DNA from: Methanotrichaceae archaeon
GTDB taxonomy: Archaea; Halobacteriota; Methanosarcinia; Methanotrichales; Methanotrichaceae
DNA length: 64,000 nucleotides
Assembly (NCBI GenBank): GCA_963813075.1
Contig: CAWEXU010000031.1
Location: 5,481 to 69,480, forward strand
Reading direction: 5' to 3'
The notes beneath the pieces were generated by a model, which was not told where the DNA came from, did not search any database, and worked only from the letters and a program-made list of their open reading frames with translations. Made by a program: the position numbers and the translations under genes. Every line of letters starts with the position of its first letter. The stretch's first letter is position 1. Below are positions 23,314 to 33,763 of the stretch, in pieces.

Positions 23314-23322
23314 TATTAAGCA

Positions 23323-23954
23323 ATGAAAACCTACCTATCTCTCTCAGGCTTCGATTCCTCCCAGATAGTATCCCTGATAGTGAAGTATGGTATTGAAGGC
23401 GGGGATAGAATAGTCCTTATCCGTCCTGAAGTAGAGCCGGACACGCGCGGAGAATTGACCACTCAGGCCATTCGAGATCTCTCCCGCCAGATCGACAGCT
23501 CCATAAATCTAGAGATTTACCGGGTCAACCATCAGGACTTCGAGGGGATGGTACTTTCTCTAAAGGACCTCCTGGAAAAGGCGGAGGGCGGGAGGTCATC
23601 GCCAATCTCTCCGGAGGGCCGCGGGAGATCTTCCTCGCATTCACCATAGCTTGCATCTCCAAGCCAGAGAAGATCCAGAAGACTACCAACTTCAGCGATA
23701 TCGACAGAAGCCTCAATGAAATCCGCTTGCCCAATATAGTCTCAGCGCTTGAGGAGAAGCAGATAAGGATTTTAAAGGATGTATCTGAGTTCTCGCCCAC
23801 GACCATCACAGATATCGCACAGCGGCTATCCCTTTCTGAGAGCACGATCTCCAGACAGGTTGCCCGGCTTGCTGATATCCAGGCCCTGGAGGTATTGCCC
23901 AGGGGCAAAACAAAGGAGCTTCGAATTACCCTCACCGGCAAATTGCTCCTTTGA
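23323..23954 (+). CDS. csa3: Csa3 CARF + winged-HTH regulator, frameshift near 23590
   Basis: N-terminal LSGFD, NLSGGPR in the shifted frame, C-terminal HTH (TDIAQRLSLSESTISRQV); divergent from cas6. Confidence 0.85.
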
Positions 23955-24255
23955 TACTGCAAGGCCAATTCCAGATCGACTGACGAAATCCAATCCGATC
24001 CTTCAATCAGCAGTTGGGGTAGCTAAGACCCTGGCCCGCCAGGAGAATATCAAGTAATTTATAAAAATTCGCAGGCAATCCCCGTCTGTCTCCTCCCATA
24101 ATTCTGAGACTCCAGACTCCGTATCACCTCTAGTCACCCGAGCGAACCCTCAACGCAGCGCTTCCGGAAAAATGCCGCTGGCCAAAGCAACCCACATCCG
24201 GGAACATCCTGAAAAGCAAATCTCACCAATCCCGTCTATCCGTCCAACATATGGG

Positions 24256-24360
24256 TATCCAAGCCACCCCGGCGTTGAGGGGGCCAGGGCATTACCGCGC
24301 GTATCACCACGCGCGGCGCCCACTGAAAAAAACAGCCTGTATAGATAAGTCTTAACTATA
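24256..24360. repeat. ~100-bp structured repeat, copy 1
   Basis: CAAGCCACCCCGGCGTTGAGGGG, GC-rich hairpin, CCCACT-A-run...TAGAT..GTCTTAA. Confidence 0.85.
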
Positions 24361-24517
24361 ATTCAATAAAGATTCGGGAACGCGAATCAGCTTTAAAAAT
24401 CGATCTTCTAAGCCCATCCTTCTATGCAACGATCGGATTTGGAGGTCCCCCATCATGAATCAGACTACGCATAAGACAGAGCAGATAATTCTTTAAGGAA
24501 GAAAGTCCAATCGTATA

Positions 24518-24725
24518 ATGATGCCGGTGAAGGTAAGATATGAAAACAATGTTCTCAAGCCTCTCGAAAAGCTCGATTTATCAGAGGGGGATGTGGTTGA
24601 GATCGATATAATCAAATCAAATGCGGATAAGCATAGTCGGTCTTTTAAAAGATATCGATATAGACTCCGTTGACCTGCAGCATGCTGCAAGAGATATCTG
24701 GGTGAGAAAGGTTGTATCTGATTGA
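24518..24725 (+). CDS. AF2212-like (DUF104) antitoxin, one frameshift
   Basis: Hand translation MPVKVRYENNVLKPLEKLDLSEGDVVEI; overlaps the PIN gene. Confidence 0.75.
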
Positions 24726-25128
24726 TACCAATATTTTTCTAGAGGCAATGCTGGAGAGGAAATATAAAAATGACTGTCTTGCTTTGCTCAGAATGATCGA
24801 TAAGGGAGAGATCAATGCATTTGTAACGACTTATTCGATTCATTCCATTGAGACCATTTTGGATAGATTAGGAGATTTGGACGCACTCAGGATATTTTTG
24901 AAAAGCATTGGAAAGATGAAGGGTTTGAACATCTACAATACAGACCTCAGAGATGAGCTTGCGGTTATCGACGAAATGGCAGCAGGCCTGGATTTTGATG
25001 ATGCTCTGCAATCATATGTTACCAAGAAGCTCAATTTGCAGATAATAAGCTTTGATCGACATTTCGATGGAATCGAAGGGTTAATGAGACTAAGACCTAA
25101 GGATGTATTATCAGCTGAGAAAAATTGA
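24712..25128 (+). CDS. vapC: PIN-domain (VapC) toxin
   Basis: IDTNIF, DFDDAL, SFDRHFD. Confidence 0.9.
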   Translation: MYLIDTNIFLEAMLERKYKNDCLALLRMIDKGEINAFVTTYSIHSIETILDRLGDLDALRIFLKSIGKMKGLNIYNTDLRDELAVIDEMAAGLDFDDALQSYVTKKLNLQIISFDRHFDGIEGLMRLRPKDVLSAEKN

Positions 25129-25156
25129 TTAGAGTCATCAACCGCCAGCACATTTT

Positions 25157-25256
25157 TATTCAAGCCACCCCGGCGTTGAGGGGACCCCGTTGGCCGCGGC
25201 CAGCAGGCCGACTCGCGGCGCCCACTAAAAAGAGAGCCCACATAGATCAGTCTTAA
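25157..25256. repeat. ~100-bp structured repeat, copy 2
   Basis: Same conserved ends as copy 1. Confidence 0.85.
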
Positions 25257-25379
25257 AAGAGCACCAAAAAGCCCACCACTAAAGCCCTGATCTATCAATT
25301 TTTTATGCAATTATAAATAATTAAATTAATACAAAAAATTATTTATCAAAAACTATTTAAGACATGAAAAACTAATTGC

Positions 25380-25742
25380 ATGAGTATGACGAGAACAGTT
25401 CTGGCCGTCATCTTTCTGGTGATGGTCTTGGCCATGCCATCCGCACTGGCATGGAATCCGAGCGGGTATATAATCGTTAACTGTAACAATGAACGCGACG
25501 CTGCCCATGGGCTGATTGGAGCTCATAGCAACTATCTTGGAGTCATCAATCCAGGAGATCTTGAGTTCACCAATCCCGCTGCTGGCGATATCTATGTATT
25601 CCAAGATGGTTCATTCCTGGTTATTCCTCCCGCCAGCGGAGGGGTAAAGCGCACCAATCTATACTACCAGCTGATGAAAACCGATGGCAATCCCGAAGGG
25701 CATGTAGCCACTTTCACAATCTATCCATGCAATCCGTATTAA
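25380..25742 (+). CDS. Small secreted hypothetical protein
   Basis: Signal peptide ending SALA; AT-rich promoter upstream, T-run downstream. Confidence 0.7.
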   Translation: MSMTRTVLAVIFLVMVLAMPSALAWNPSGYIIVNCNNERDAAHGLIGAHSNYLGVINPGDLEFTNPAAGDIYVFQDGSFLVIPPASGGVKRTNLYYQLMKTDGNPEGHVATFTIYPCNPY

Positions 25743-26153
25743 TCCCTGAGCGGCTATAAGGTGATCATCCCTCATTTAAATCTTTTTTTGTCCAAAAATC
25801 AGTATCACCTCTCTGAACACTTAATAAAATATCAATTAGTTAATTCTATTTGGATTCCTTTATCTTCAGAATGGCCCTTCAATTGGCTCCTTGAAAAAGC
25901 TATCAGGCTTATATCTTGCTCCTAATCAATAGCTATAAGGCATATGATCCTCAGGGACAGATCCATACTTATGGATTCCTTCGAGCATAGAGGCAAATTG
26001 CTTTGGGCCCCGCCTGGCGAATATTCTCTTAATTATAAAATTCGTGTGCAACCACAGCGTTCCTTATTTATGAATTCCATTGCCTTTTCGTTCTGCATCT
26101 GGAGAACATCCTTATCGATTCATCCCAACCCTTCAACGGCTTGCATCCAATTG

Positions 26154-26260
26154 TATCCAAGCCACCCCGGCGTTGAGGGGACCTCGTTGGCCGCGGCCCG
26201 AAGGGCCGACTCGCGGTGCCCACTAAAAAAGACAGCCTGTATAGATCCGTCTTAACCATA
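26154..26260. repeat. ~100-bp structured repeat, copy 3
   Basis: Same conserved ends; cUUCGg-capped hairpin on the minus strand. Confidence 0.85.
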
Positions 26261-26288
26261 ATGCAATGGAAGTAATCCATCTGCTCTT

Positions 26289-27097
26289 TCAGTACTGCAC
26301 CAATCCCCCTTCCGCCTTGACCTTCAGGACCGCCCTCTCGAACACAAACAGGCTCAGTGGAAGCAGCACTACCGAGAACAGTAGCAGGGTAAGCAATTCC
26401 GGAGCCAGCTCGCCCAGAGTGTACCCCTGCAGGAGGGCATGCCTCATGCCATTGACCGAGTAGGTGATGGGCAGGATGTGCGAGATGCTCTGCATCCAGG
26501 ACGGGAAAACCTCGATGGGAAAGAGAACCCCGCCGAAAGGGCTCAGAAGTGCCCATCAGGAGCATGTTGATCGGGTCTCCTCTCTTGAAGACCATGATGA
26601 AGCTGGCCGATAATATTCCTATGCTGCTGAAGCATATTATGGTGAGGATCAGGATCAATATCGCCCCGCCAACATTGGCTCGTGTCATATCCACTCCCAG
26701 GAAGATGCCTATGATCAGATAGAGCAGCACCCGGAATGAGGCGAAGATGAAGTTCCAGAGAGATGACAGGGCGATGATGCTCGATGTGCTGGTGGGGGTC
26801 ACCAGCATGGCCTCCAGGGTCCCCATCATCTGCTCGTCTCGCACGCTCTCGGAAAAGCTCCGGAGCGAGATCATCAGATATCCGGAGAAGGCCATCCCTA
26901 TGAGAACGAAGGAGAAGTAATCCCCCGCCATAGGGCTCCAGGTACCTGGCTGCCCCTTCACCGATCAATTTAGCGATGAAGTAGTAGGTCAGTATGTTGA
27001 AGAGCATGAAAAATAGCCTTAAGAAGAAGTCGAACTTGTAGCTCATCTGCAGCATATAGCCCTTCTTGATGAACCAGAATGCCTTCTCGAAGATCAT
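26289..27097 (-). CDS. ABC-2 type permease with two frameshifts
   Basis: Pieces in three frames (EQMMGTLEAMLVTP; LPITYSVNGMR). Confidence 0.8.
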
Positions 27098-27966
27098 ATT
27101 CCTCTCCTCCTGCTCATTCCCCGCCCTCTGCTCCTTTGCCTGGGAACGCTTACCGGAAATGAGGTCGAATGCTCCTCAAGCGATGCCTTGCCGGTATAGT
27201 GGCTGAAGACATCGCCCAGAGTGCTGCCCTCGGAAAGGCCGGCCTTCAATTCCATTGGGCTCCCAGTGGCCTTGATCTTCCCCTCATCCAGTATGGCCAC
27301 CCTATCGCAGAGCTCCTCCGCCTCATCCAGCTGATGGGTGGAGATGAAGATGGTCTTTCCCTTCTCACCTACGATCTTCTCCTTGATGAAATTGCGCAGA
27401 TTCCTTGCCGCCCCCGGGTCCAGGCTTCTGGTCGGCTCGTCCATGAAGAGGACCGCAGGGTCATTTAAAAGCCCGCGGGCGATGGCCATCTGCTGCTTCA
27501 TACCCGCAGAGTAACTATAGAAGGGCTCATCCGCCCGGTGTTTGAGCCGGACCACATCCAATAGCTCCTCTGTCCTTGACCTGACGACATTCTGAGGCAG
27601 ATTGTAGAGGGTGGCAAAGAACTGCAGGTTCTCTCTGCCCGAGAGCCTCCAGTAGAAGCTCCTCTCATCGGTGGTCACAAAGCCCAGGGACTCTCTGGCC
27701 CTCTGCCCCTCTCGCACCACATCATAGCCATTGATGTATGCCTCTCCCTCTGAGGGGAGAATCAGGGTGCACAGTATCTTGATCAGAGTGGACTTGCCAG
27801 CTCCGTTGGGACCGAGAAGGCCGAAGACCTCCCCCTCTCGAACTTTGATGTTAACTTTATCCAGTGTGGTCAAAATATCTCTATTTCCGGACTTTTTAAA
27901 TGCATCCAGGAATCCTCTATACAGCACAAACCTCTTGGTTAAATCCCGTGTCTCGATTGAATACAT
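27094..27966 (-). CDS. ABC transporter ATP-binding protein
   Basis: GPNGAGKST, YSAGMKQ, DEPT. Confidence 0.95.
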   Translation of the reverse strand: MYSIETRDLTKRFVLYRGFLDAFKKSGNRDILTTLDKVNIKVREGEVFGLLGPNGAGKSTLIKILCTLILPSEGEAYINGYDVVREGQRARESLGFVTTDERSFYWRLSGRENLQFFATLYNLPQNVVRSRTEELLDVVRLKHRADEPFYSYSAGMKQQMAIARGLLNDPAVLFMDEPTRSLDPGAARNLRNFIKEKIVGEKGKTIFISTHQLDEAEELCDRVAILDEGKIKATGSPMELKAGLSEGSTLGDVFSHYTGKASLEEHSTSFPVSVPRQRSRGRGMSRRRGI

Positions 27967-28069
27967 CCCTATGATCTCTCATCTGTTTAGCCATTCGCAT
28001 GGAATCGCGCAAGTTATCCCATTTTTTTTCGCCATATATAAGATTGATTCAAGGAAGGTGTTCAATGGT

Positions 28070-29368
28070 TCAACAGCTGCGGCAAAAGAAATCCTGGTGA
28101 AAGGGATGTCTATCGATCGTTTTTCCACACCACTTTTTCTCACCACTATTCATCATCGCCAATAGCCCCACTGCAGCTAAAGCCGCAGCAGATGCTCCAT
28201 ATAGAAACGAAGCATCTGCGCCCCACCGGGACCCGAGGGCTCCGGCAACCAGGCTGGAGATGATAGAGGCCACCCCCACTGCCCCGTAATATATGCCCAG
28301 AGAGCTGCCCCGAAGCCCGGCTGGGCACAGGTCAGAGACATAAGCCCTCTCTGAGCCGTCCACCAGGGCATAGACCAGGCCGTACATGGCAAAAAGGGCG
28401 ATCAGTCCCCAGAGGCTGGAGACGACGGCAAATCCAACCGCTGTCAGGGCAAAAAGGGAGTATCCCAGGACCAGAACCCTCCTTCTTCCCACCCGGTCCG
28501 ACCATATGCCCACCGGCAGGGCCAGGAGGGCATAGATCAGATTGAATAGCAGATAGAGAAGAAGAGGTGCTGCCACGGCCATTGACCCGGAGAAATGCTC
28601 CTGGGCGCGGAGGATGAAGAACATATAGCTGAAGTTGCCCAGGGCGAAGAGGCAGGCTATGAATAGAAAGCGCTTGTATTCAGGCGATAGAGAGGATAGA
28701 TTCATTCTGTTGCTGCTTGTGCTGCTTGTGCTGCTAGCGCTGCTGGTGCTGCAATCAGGAGCGCGAAAGCTTTCTTTTACCCGGTAGAAGGGAATGAGGG
28801 CCACAATGGAAAGAACTCCCGCTACCGCCAGGATAAAGGTATAGCTGTAGCCGCCCTGCCAGAGCAGATAAGCCAGCAACGAGCCGATGACCGCACCCGC
28901 TGAGTCCATGGATCGGTGCAGGCCAAACCCCCGTCCTCTGCAGCCCTCATCCGTGGACTCGGATATCATGGCGTCCCTGGGAGCGGACCTCACTCCTTTG
29001 CCGCTCCTTTCCAGGGTCTTGAGGAAGAAGACATGCTGCCAGGCAGAGGCAAAAGGCAGGAAGAGCTTTCCGGCTGCCGAGAGGGCATAACCGGCTATAA
29101 CCAGCGGCTTTCTCTTGCCCAGGCGATCGGACCAGCATCCGGAGAAGACCTTGAGGATGCTGGGCAGGCCGTCGCTCACCCCGCCGATGAGGCCCACCGC
29201 CATGCTCCCCCCACCCAGTTGAGCGATGAAAAGGGGCAGAATGGGCTGGATGATCTCGCTGCTGATGTCGTTGAGAAAGCTGACAAAGCCCAATAAGAGG
29301 ACGTTCTTTTTCGTCTTTGCATCCGTCCGGGGATCGGGCTTTGGGCCTGTGGTAGGGGTTGTCATCAA
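28070..29368 (-). CDS. MFS transporter
   Basis: About 12 TM segments, SDRLGKRK and SDRVGRRR motifs. Confidence 0.92.
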   Translation of the reverse strand: MMTTPTTGPKPDPRTDAKTKKNVLLLGFVSFLNDISSEIIQPILPLFIAQLGGGSMAVGLIGGVSDGLPSILKVFSGCWSDRLGKRKPLVIAGYALSAAGKLFLPFASAWQHVFFLKTLERSGKGVRSAPRDAMISESTDEGCRGRGFGLHRSMDSAGAVIGSLLAYLLWQGGYSYTFILAVAGVLSIVALIPFYRVKESFRAPDCSTSSASSTSSTSSNRMNLSSLSPEYKRFLFIACLFALGNFSYMFFILRAQEHFSGSMAVAAPLLLYLLFNLIYALLALPVGIWSDRVGRRRVLVLGYSLFALTAVGFAVVSSLWGLIALFAMYGLVYALVDGSERAYVSDLCPAGLRGSSLGIYYGAVGVASIISSLVAGALGSRWGADASFLYGASAAALAAVGLLAMMNSGEKKWCGKTIDRHPFHQDFFCRSC

Positions 29369-29425
29369 TTAATTAAAATCGAAGCTGTATCATTACATTA
29401 CAGAGGAAAAAATAAGCTTTCGACA

Positions 29426-30019
29426 TCACTCCACCAGAATCCTTTGAGAGTCTACCACCACCAGCTTGGGAAGATGGACCTCCAGGATTCCCTCATTGAA
29501 GCTCGCTTTAACCTGCTCCGGCTTGACCTCAAGAGGCAGCTTGATCTCACGCTCTAAATTTCGGTTCTCTATCTCATGGCGCAGGTATTTTCCCTCCCTG
29601 GCCGCTGCTTTGGCGCTGATGGTGAGGGTGTCCTCCGTCACCCGCAAGTCGATCATATCCTTGCTCATCCCCGGCAGGGATACAAGAGCGACCAGCTCAT
29701 CCTTCCGGTCCACAGGTTCGCCTCCATGGACAAGTTCGTCTACACTCTGCGAAAGCTTCCCAGATTCGAGGTTAAGCTGGGCCGTCTGGGCCGGGTTGGT
29801 GGAGAGTTCGTGCAAAAGAGGGTGGACATCGCCCTGGCCGCTGACCTCGTCCGACTGAGCTGCGGCCGGATGATCGGAAAAGCGGTTATCGTCACTGGTG
29901 ACAGCGATTACTCCCGCCATTGAGGCAGCAAAGGATGCAGGCGTACTGGTGACCCTGTTTCTCTCGGAGAGTTCGATCCACGATGAGCTCCTTTCCGCAG
30001 TGGACGAGAGAACTCCCAT
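29426..30019 (-). CDS. Hsp20 small heat-shock protein C-terminus with an atypical or fused N-terminus
   Basis: LPGMSKDMI...VKASFNEGILEVHLPK. Confidence 0.7.
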   Translation of the reverse strand: MGVLSSTAERSSSWIELSERNRVTSTPASFAASMAGVIAVTSDDNRFSDHPAAAQSDEVSGQGDVHPLLHELSTNPAQTAQLNLESGKLSQSVDELVHGGEPVDRKDELVALVSLPGMSKDMIDLRVTEDTLTISAKAAAREGKYLRHEIENRNLEREIKLPLEVKPEQVKASFNEGILEVHLPKLVVVDSQRILVE

Positions 30020-30143
30020 CGATCAGGATCTGATAGAACTGGTAGCTAGGTAGAAGAGTGGCTCGATAGAAGGGCGGCTAGCAAAAAGGATCGACGGCAG
30101 AAAAAGGAGGGCTCCTCAGGGGAGCCAAAAGCCGGCAAAGGGG

Positions 30144-31678
30144 TCAGGAACGCCGTCGTGAAGTGGAGAGACCATCTGATATGCCAGAGGATAACCGTCC
30201 TGCGTTCCGGCCAGCTGGAGAAAGCTCCTGAACCCCAGAGGAACAGATAGCTCCGAGGTCATGTTCAGGTCCATTATGTGCGGCCCGGGCGGATAGGCTG
30301 ACATTCCCTGCAAAGTCTGAAGCCCTCTGCACAGCGATCAAAGACCCTGGAGAGAGCTGGATACCACCAGTCTCGCTGAGGAGGATGTTCGCTCCAGTGC
30401 CGCTATAAAAGCTCTCCAGACTGCCCTCCTGGATATTTGACTGTGCATGGGCAGATGACGCCGTCGTATAATCTGCAGGTGACGCTTCGAGGTGTATATT
30501 CTCTCCATCCGCCGCGGCAGCAATCTGCGCCGCTATCCCTGCATATGGATGGGACGCTACCTCATTCAGGTATTCATAGACGGTACCATTATCGATACTG
30601 GTCGATGAGTCTGCATAGCAAAATAGACTCGCTGCTGTGGATCTGATCAAGATATCTTCGCCGGCAGCTGTAGCATAGTGCCAGGCATAGGGATCCTTAT
30701 GTATTCGCCGTCCGCGCCCATCGGCATGGTTCTGATGTAAGAGCGGCTTTCAAGGAATAGTATATTGCCCTCTTTCACATCCGTGGATACTCTGGCTACG
30801 GACTGGCCGATTGAGGTGTCGGCGATGTGGATCGATTCCCCATTTGCGCCAAGCATGCCCTGGACGACCTCAGCTTCTCCTGAAGTATTGGAGCTGGCAG
30901 AGCTGCTGTAGCTGGCTATTGATCCCTGCGAGACCGTAGTCTGGCCGGAAATCAGGTTCTCTGCTGTCAGTGCCGATGAAAAGGCAGATATCATCTGTCC
31001 GTTTGCCGAGGAGAAGGCCTGGCGGGATTGGGCCTCCTGGGGATTGGGGTTCGCCTCACTGGAAAAGCCTCCGAAGGACCCGCCAGCGGCGAGAGTGTTG
31101 GCATTTGAATGCAGATCTGCGCCGTTGGAGGAGGATGAGCTGAAGCTGACCAGAGCGCCAGATGTCGAACCTGCTGACTGCTCTGCTCTCGCACCGCTCT
31201 CATCTGCCTGCGCGGAGCTGGTGTATCCATCCAGAGAGCCCATGATTACATCCGTCTGAACGCTCGCCCTGGCACCGTCCCTGTTCACCGCATCAGCATC
31301 GCAGCTGATGGCAAGGGCATTGCTGGCATCCAGAGAAAAGCCGCTCAATTTGGCCTCATTAGGAGTCCTGAAGGGCTGGCTGTACTCATAGGATTGCGAC
31401 ATAAGGACATCGACGGATATGGATGCAGCATCGCCCTGGGGGCTGGTTGCAAAGTATCTTTTATGGAGAGATCCGCGGCCGGAGATGGCCTGAGCTGAAC
31501 TGGCTCCGGAGATAGTCGTCCTGCCACTGACTGTCGCATCGACTGGCGCATCGATGTTCATCGAATCGGAAAAGCAGCTTCCTGCATCGCAACCACTGGT
31601 TTGTATCGATATGCCGGCGGCTTCGGGTATCAGGATTGCAGCCAGGAGAAGGGCCAACAAGAATGCAAGAGTTTTCAT
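30144..31678 (-). pseudogene. Secreted Ser/Ala-rich protein broken into several frames
   Basis: Signal peptide at 31678; consecutive ORFs 30647..31678 and 30144..30650 of similar composition. Confidence 0.55.
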
Positions 31679-31820
31679 AATATCATCTCAACAATTTATT
31701 GTAATTGTTTATAGTTATAGATATTTATAGTTGCTGGTATCTGAATACTATGTAAAGCAGCAACCGTGCACAGATATGTACATAAGCGATCGACGACCCA
31801 TAATCTCATTGTGATATATC

Positions 31821-32310
31821 ATGAATGTTCTGGCCATAAACGGTAGCCCTCACATGGATGAGGGAAATACGGCAAAGATCCTGAACCCATTCCTGGAGGG
31901 CTTGAAGGAAGCGGGAGCAAAAGTCGAGCTGCTCTACTCCTGCAAGCTGAACGTCGAGCCCTGCAGCGGAGACATTAGCTGCTGGTTTGTGAGTCCCGGC
32001 ACCTGCGCCAAAGACGATGACATGTTGACCATCCTTCCAAAGATCAAAGGTGCAGAAGGCGGTTTTAGTCTCCACCTGCTCCGCCTGGGAGATTTCCATG
32101 TTCGTTCCGCTTCTGGTGCAGATGAGGGCTATCTACGACCGCCCCCAGGAGGGATTCGAATTCGCCGGCGCGCTTCTTCGGCCCATGGCAGAGGGCATGA
32201 ATGAGATGATCAAGGCCGGGGAGACCAGACTGGTCGAGGGCATCTTCAGCGCGGCCAGGGAGGCCGGCCACCAACTGGCACGAGAGGGCAGGAAGGGAGA
32301 GTCGAATTAG
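31821..32310 (+). pseudogene. Iron-sulfur flavoprotein/flavodoxin family, internally deleted
   Basis: INGSP..GNT, C..D.SC....C..DDM, then jumps to the C-terminal VLVSTC; the central SPVY region is missing. Confidence 0.75.
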
Positions 32311-32527
32311 AAATCGGCGGCATTGCACCGCTAATCCGGCAGCTGGAGCGTCTGAGACGCCGTCGCATAAAACCGCAATATATTTCTTAAAGAGTTGCTC
32401 CTACTTAAGTTAGTTATTTATACTCAGATGGCTAATATTATTACGATCAGACTGATTGTTTGATTGGCCGGCAGATGACCTATATAATATAAACTGCATA
32501 CAACTACATAGAAACGCGAGGATTTCA

Positions 32528-32803
32528 ATGCCGATTTCAGCACTTGGGTACATGGGCATAGGCCTGGTCTGGGGTTGGTGGATTGGAGGTCTGGGCGGAA
32601 GGGTCACCTGTTCGCTTTTGGATGGTCTGGCAGTGAGTCTGGCAACTTTGATTTTCTCCCTGGGGATAGTTGCCTTTACTGGCTGGTGGGCTCTCTGGTT
32701 CTTCCTGGGTGCAGGCGGATTGACCCTTTATCTTCATCTCGCCTGGAGACAGGAATTGACAAATCGTTTCCGGCCGCCGGACTTTGATCCGGAGAGGAGG
32801 TAA
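32528..32803 (+). CDS. Small 3-TM membrane protein
   Basis: Three hydrophobic Gly-rich segments; GGAGG RBS couples it to the next gene. Confidence 0.7.
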   Translation: MPISALGYMGIGLVWGWWIGGLGGRVTCSLLDGLAVSLATLIFSLGIVAFTGWWALWFFLGAGGLTLYLHLAWRQELTNRFRPPDFDPERR

Positions 32804-32809
32804 AAGATC

Positions 32810-33223
32810 ATGATAGATGAATCGACAATTCAGATTATCCAGCTGATTGGCGCACTGCTATTTGGCACGATCATAGGATGGTATGTGTACTTGATCAACC
32901 GCTATAGAAAGGGCGATGTTCAGCTGAGCGACCTGGCAGCACTGATTGGCGTTATAGGCGGCAGTGCCGTTCTGGCCCTGTTCGACAGGGAGGGAGGTCT
33001 CTTCGGGGCTTATGGTATTGGCCTTGCCATTGGCTTTTTCTCCTACTTCTTATCCCTGATCGTCATGGTTTCCAGATCGAACAACTTCAATAACGACTGG
33101 TTCCTTGACGGTCGACGCAAAAAGCCTGCAGAAGACTATGTAGTTCCACCGGGCACCGCCGAGACCATAAGGCCGATGGGCGTTGAAGGTGGCAGCGGAG
33201 GCCATGGCCCAAGGATTGAATAA
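32810..33223 (+). CDS. 3-TM membrane protein with a short hydrophilic tail
   Basis: GALLFGTIIGWYVY..DLAALIGVIGGSAVLALF..AYGIGLAIGFFSY. Confidence 0.8.
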   Translation: MIDESTIQIIQLIGALLFGTIIGWYVYLINRYRKGDVQLSDLAALIGVIGGSAVLALFDREGGLFGAYGIGLAIGFFSYFLSLIVMVSRSNNFNNDWFLDGRRKKPAEDYVVPPGTAETIRPMGVEGGSGGHGPRIE

Positions 33224-33289
33224 GAAAGATATCACAAGCGCTCAAGGAGAGAGTCACACTGAAAAGGAAATGGAGGGCATGATACTCAT

Positions 33290-33763
33290 ATGACCGACCA
33301 ATCAATAAAAGATCTCAAAGATGCGGTCTTTTGCCAGGAGGGGCCCAGTCCAGAGCTGATCATTGACCTCGCACCCTTCCTGACCGAGCCTCTCCTTTCC
33401 AGAGCGATATCTGTCGCCAATGTGGTCACTGACCCCTACCAGCGCGCTCTGATCCTCCTGGCGCTGGCAGGATCAGACCACATCTCTGATGACAGGAGAA
33501 AGGCGCTGGTTAAAGCGGCCCTTAATGCAGCAAATAAGATTTCATCCAGGCACGAAAAGATCCAGGTGCTGGAAAAGATACTTCCACTGGCATATGGCAA
33601 GGATCTCCGTCTTGTGGAGGCCTTACTGGAGCAGGAACAGGAACAAGAAGCTTTTGAACCGTGTGATTCGTCTGAGAAGGAAATATGCGAATTGAGTCAT
33701 CGTCAAAGTCTCGAAGAACCACGAAACAATGGAATGGCCATCCAAAGACATCCTGGTAGGTAG
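33290..33763 (+). CDS. Helical-repeat (HEAT-like) protein, possibly the N-terminus of the CHAT protein
   Basis: Repeated A...A..I.D...R...L..L pattern; overlaps the next ORF by 35 bp. Confidence 0.6.
   Translation: MTDQSIKDLKDAVFCQEGPSPELIIDLAPFLTEPLLSRAISVANVVTDPYQRALILLALAGSDHISDDRRKALVKAALNAANKISSRHEKIQVLEKILPLAYGKDLRLVEALLEQEQEQEAFEPCDSSEKEICELSHRQSLEEPRNNGMAIQRHPGR

Noticed and set aside
17290..26300. CRISPR array or cas1/cas2/cas4 near the I-D operon
   Set aside because: No 30-40-bp repeats with regular spacers; the ~100-bp repeats are about 1 kb apart. Adaptation genes may lie beyond the junction.
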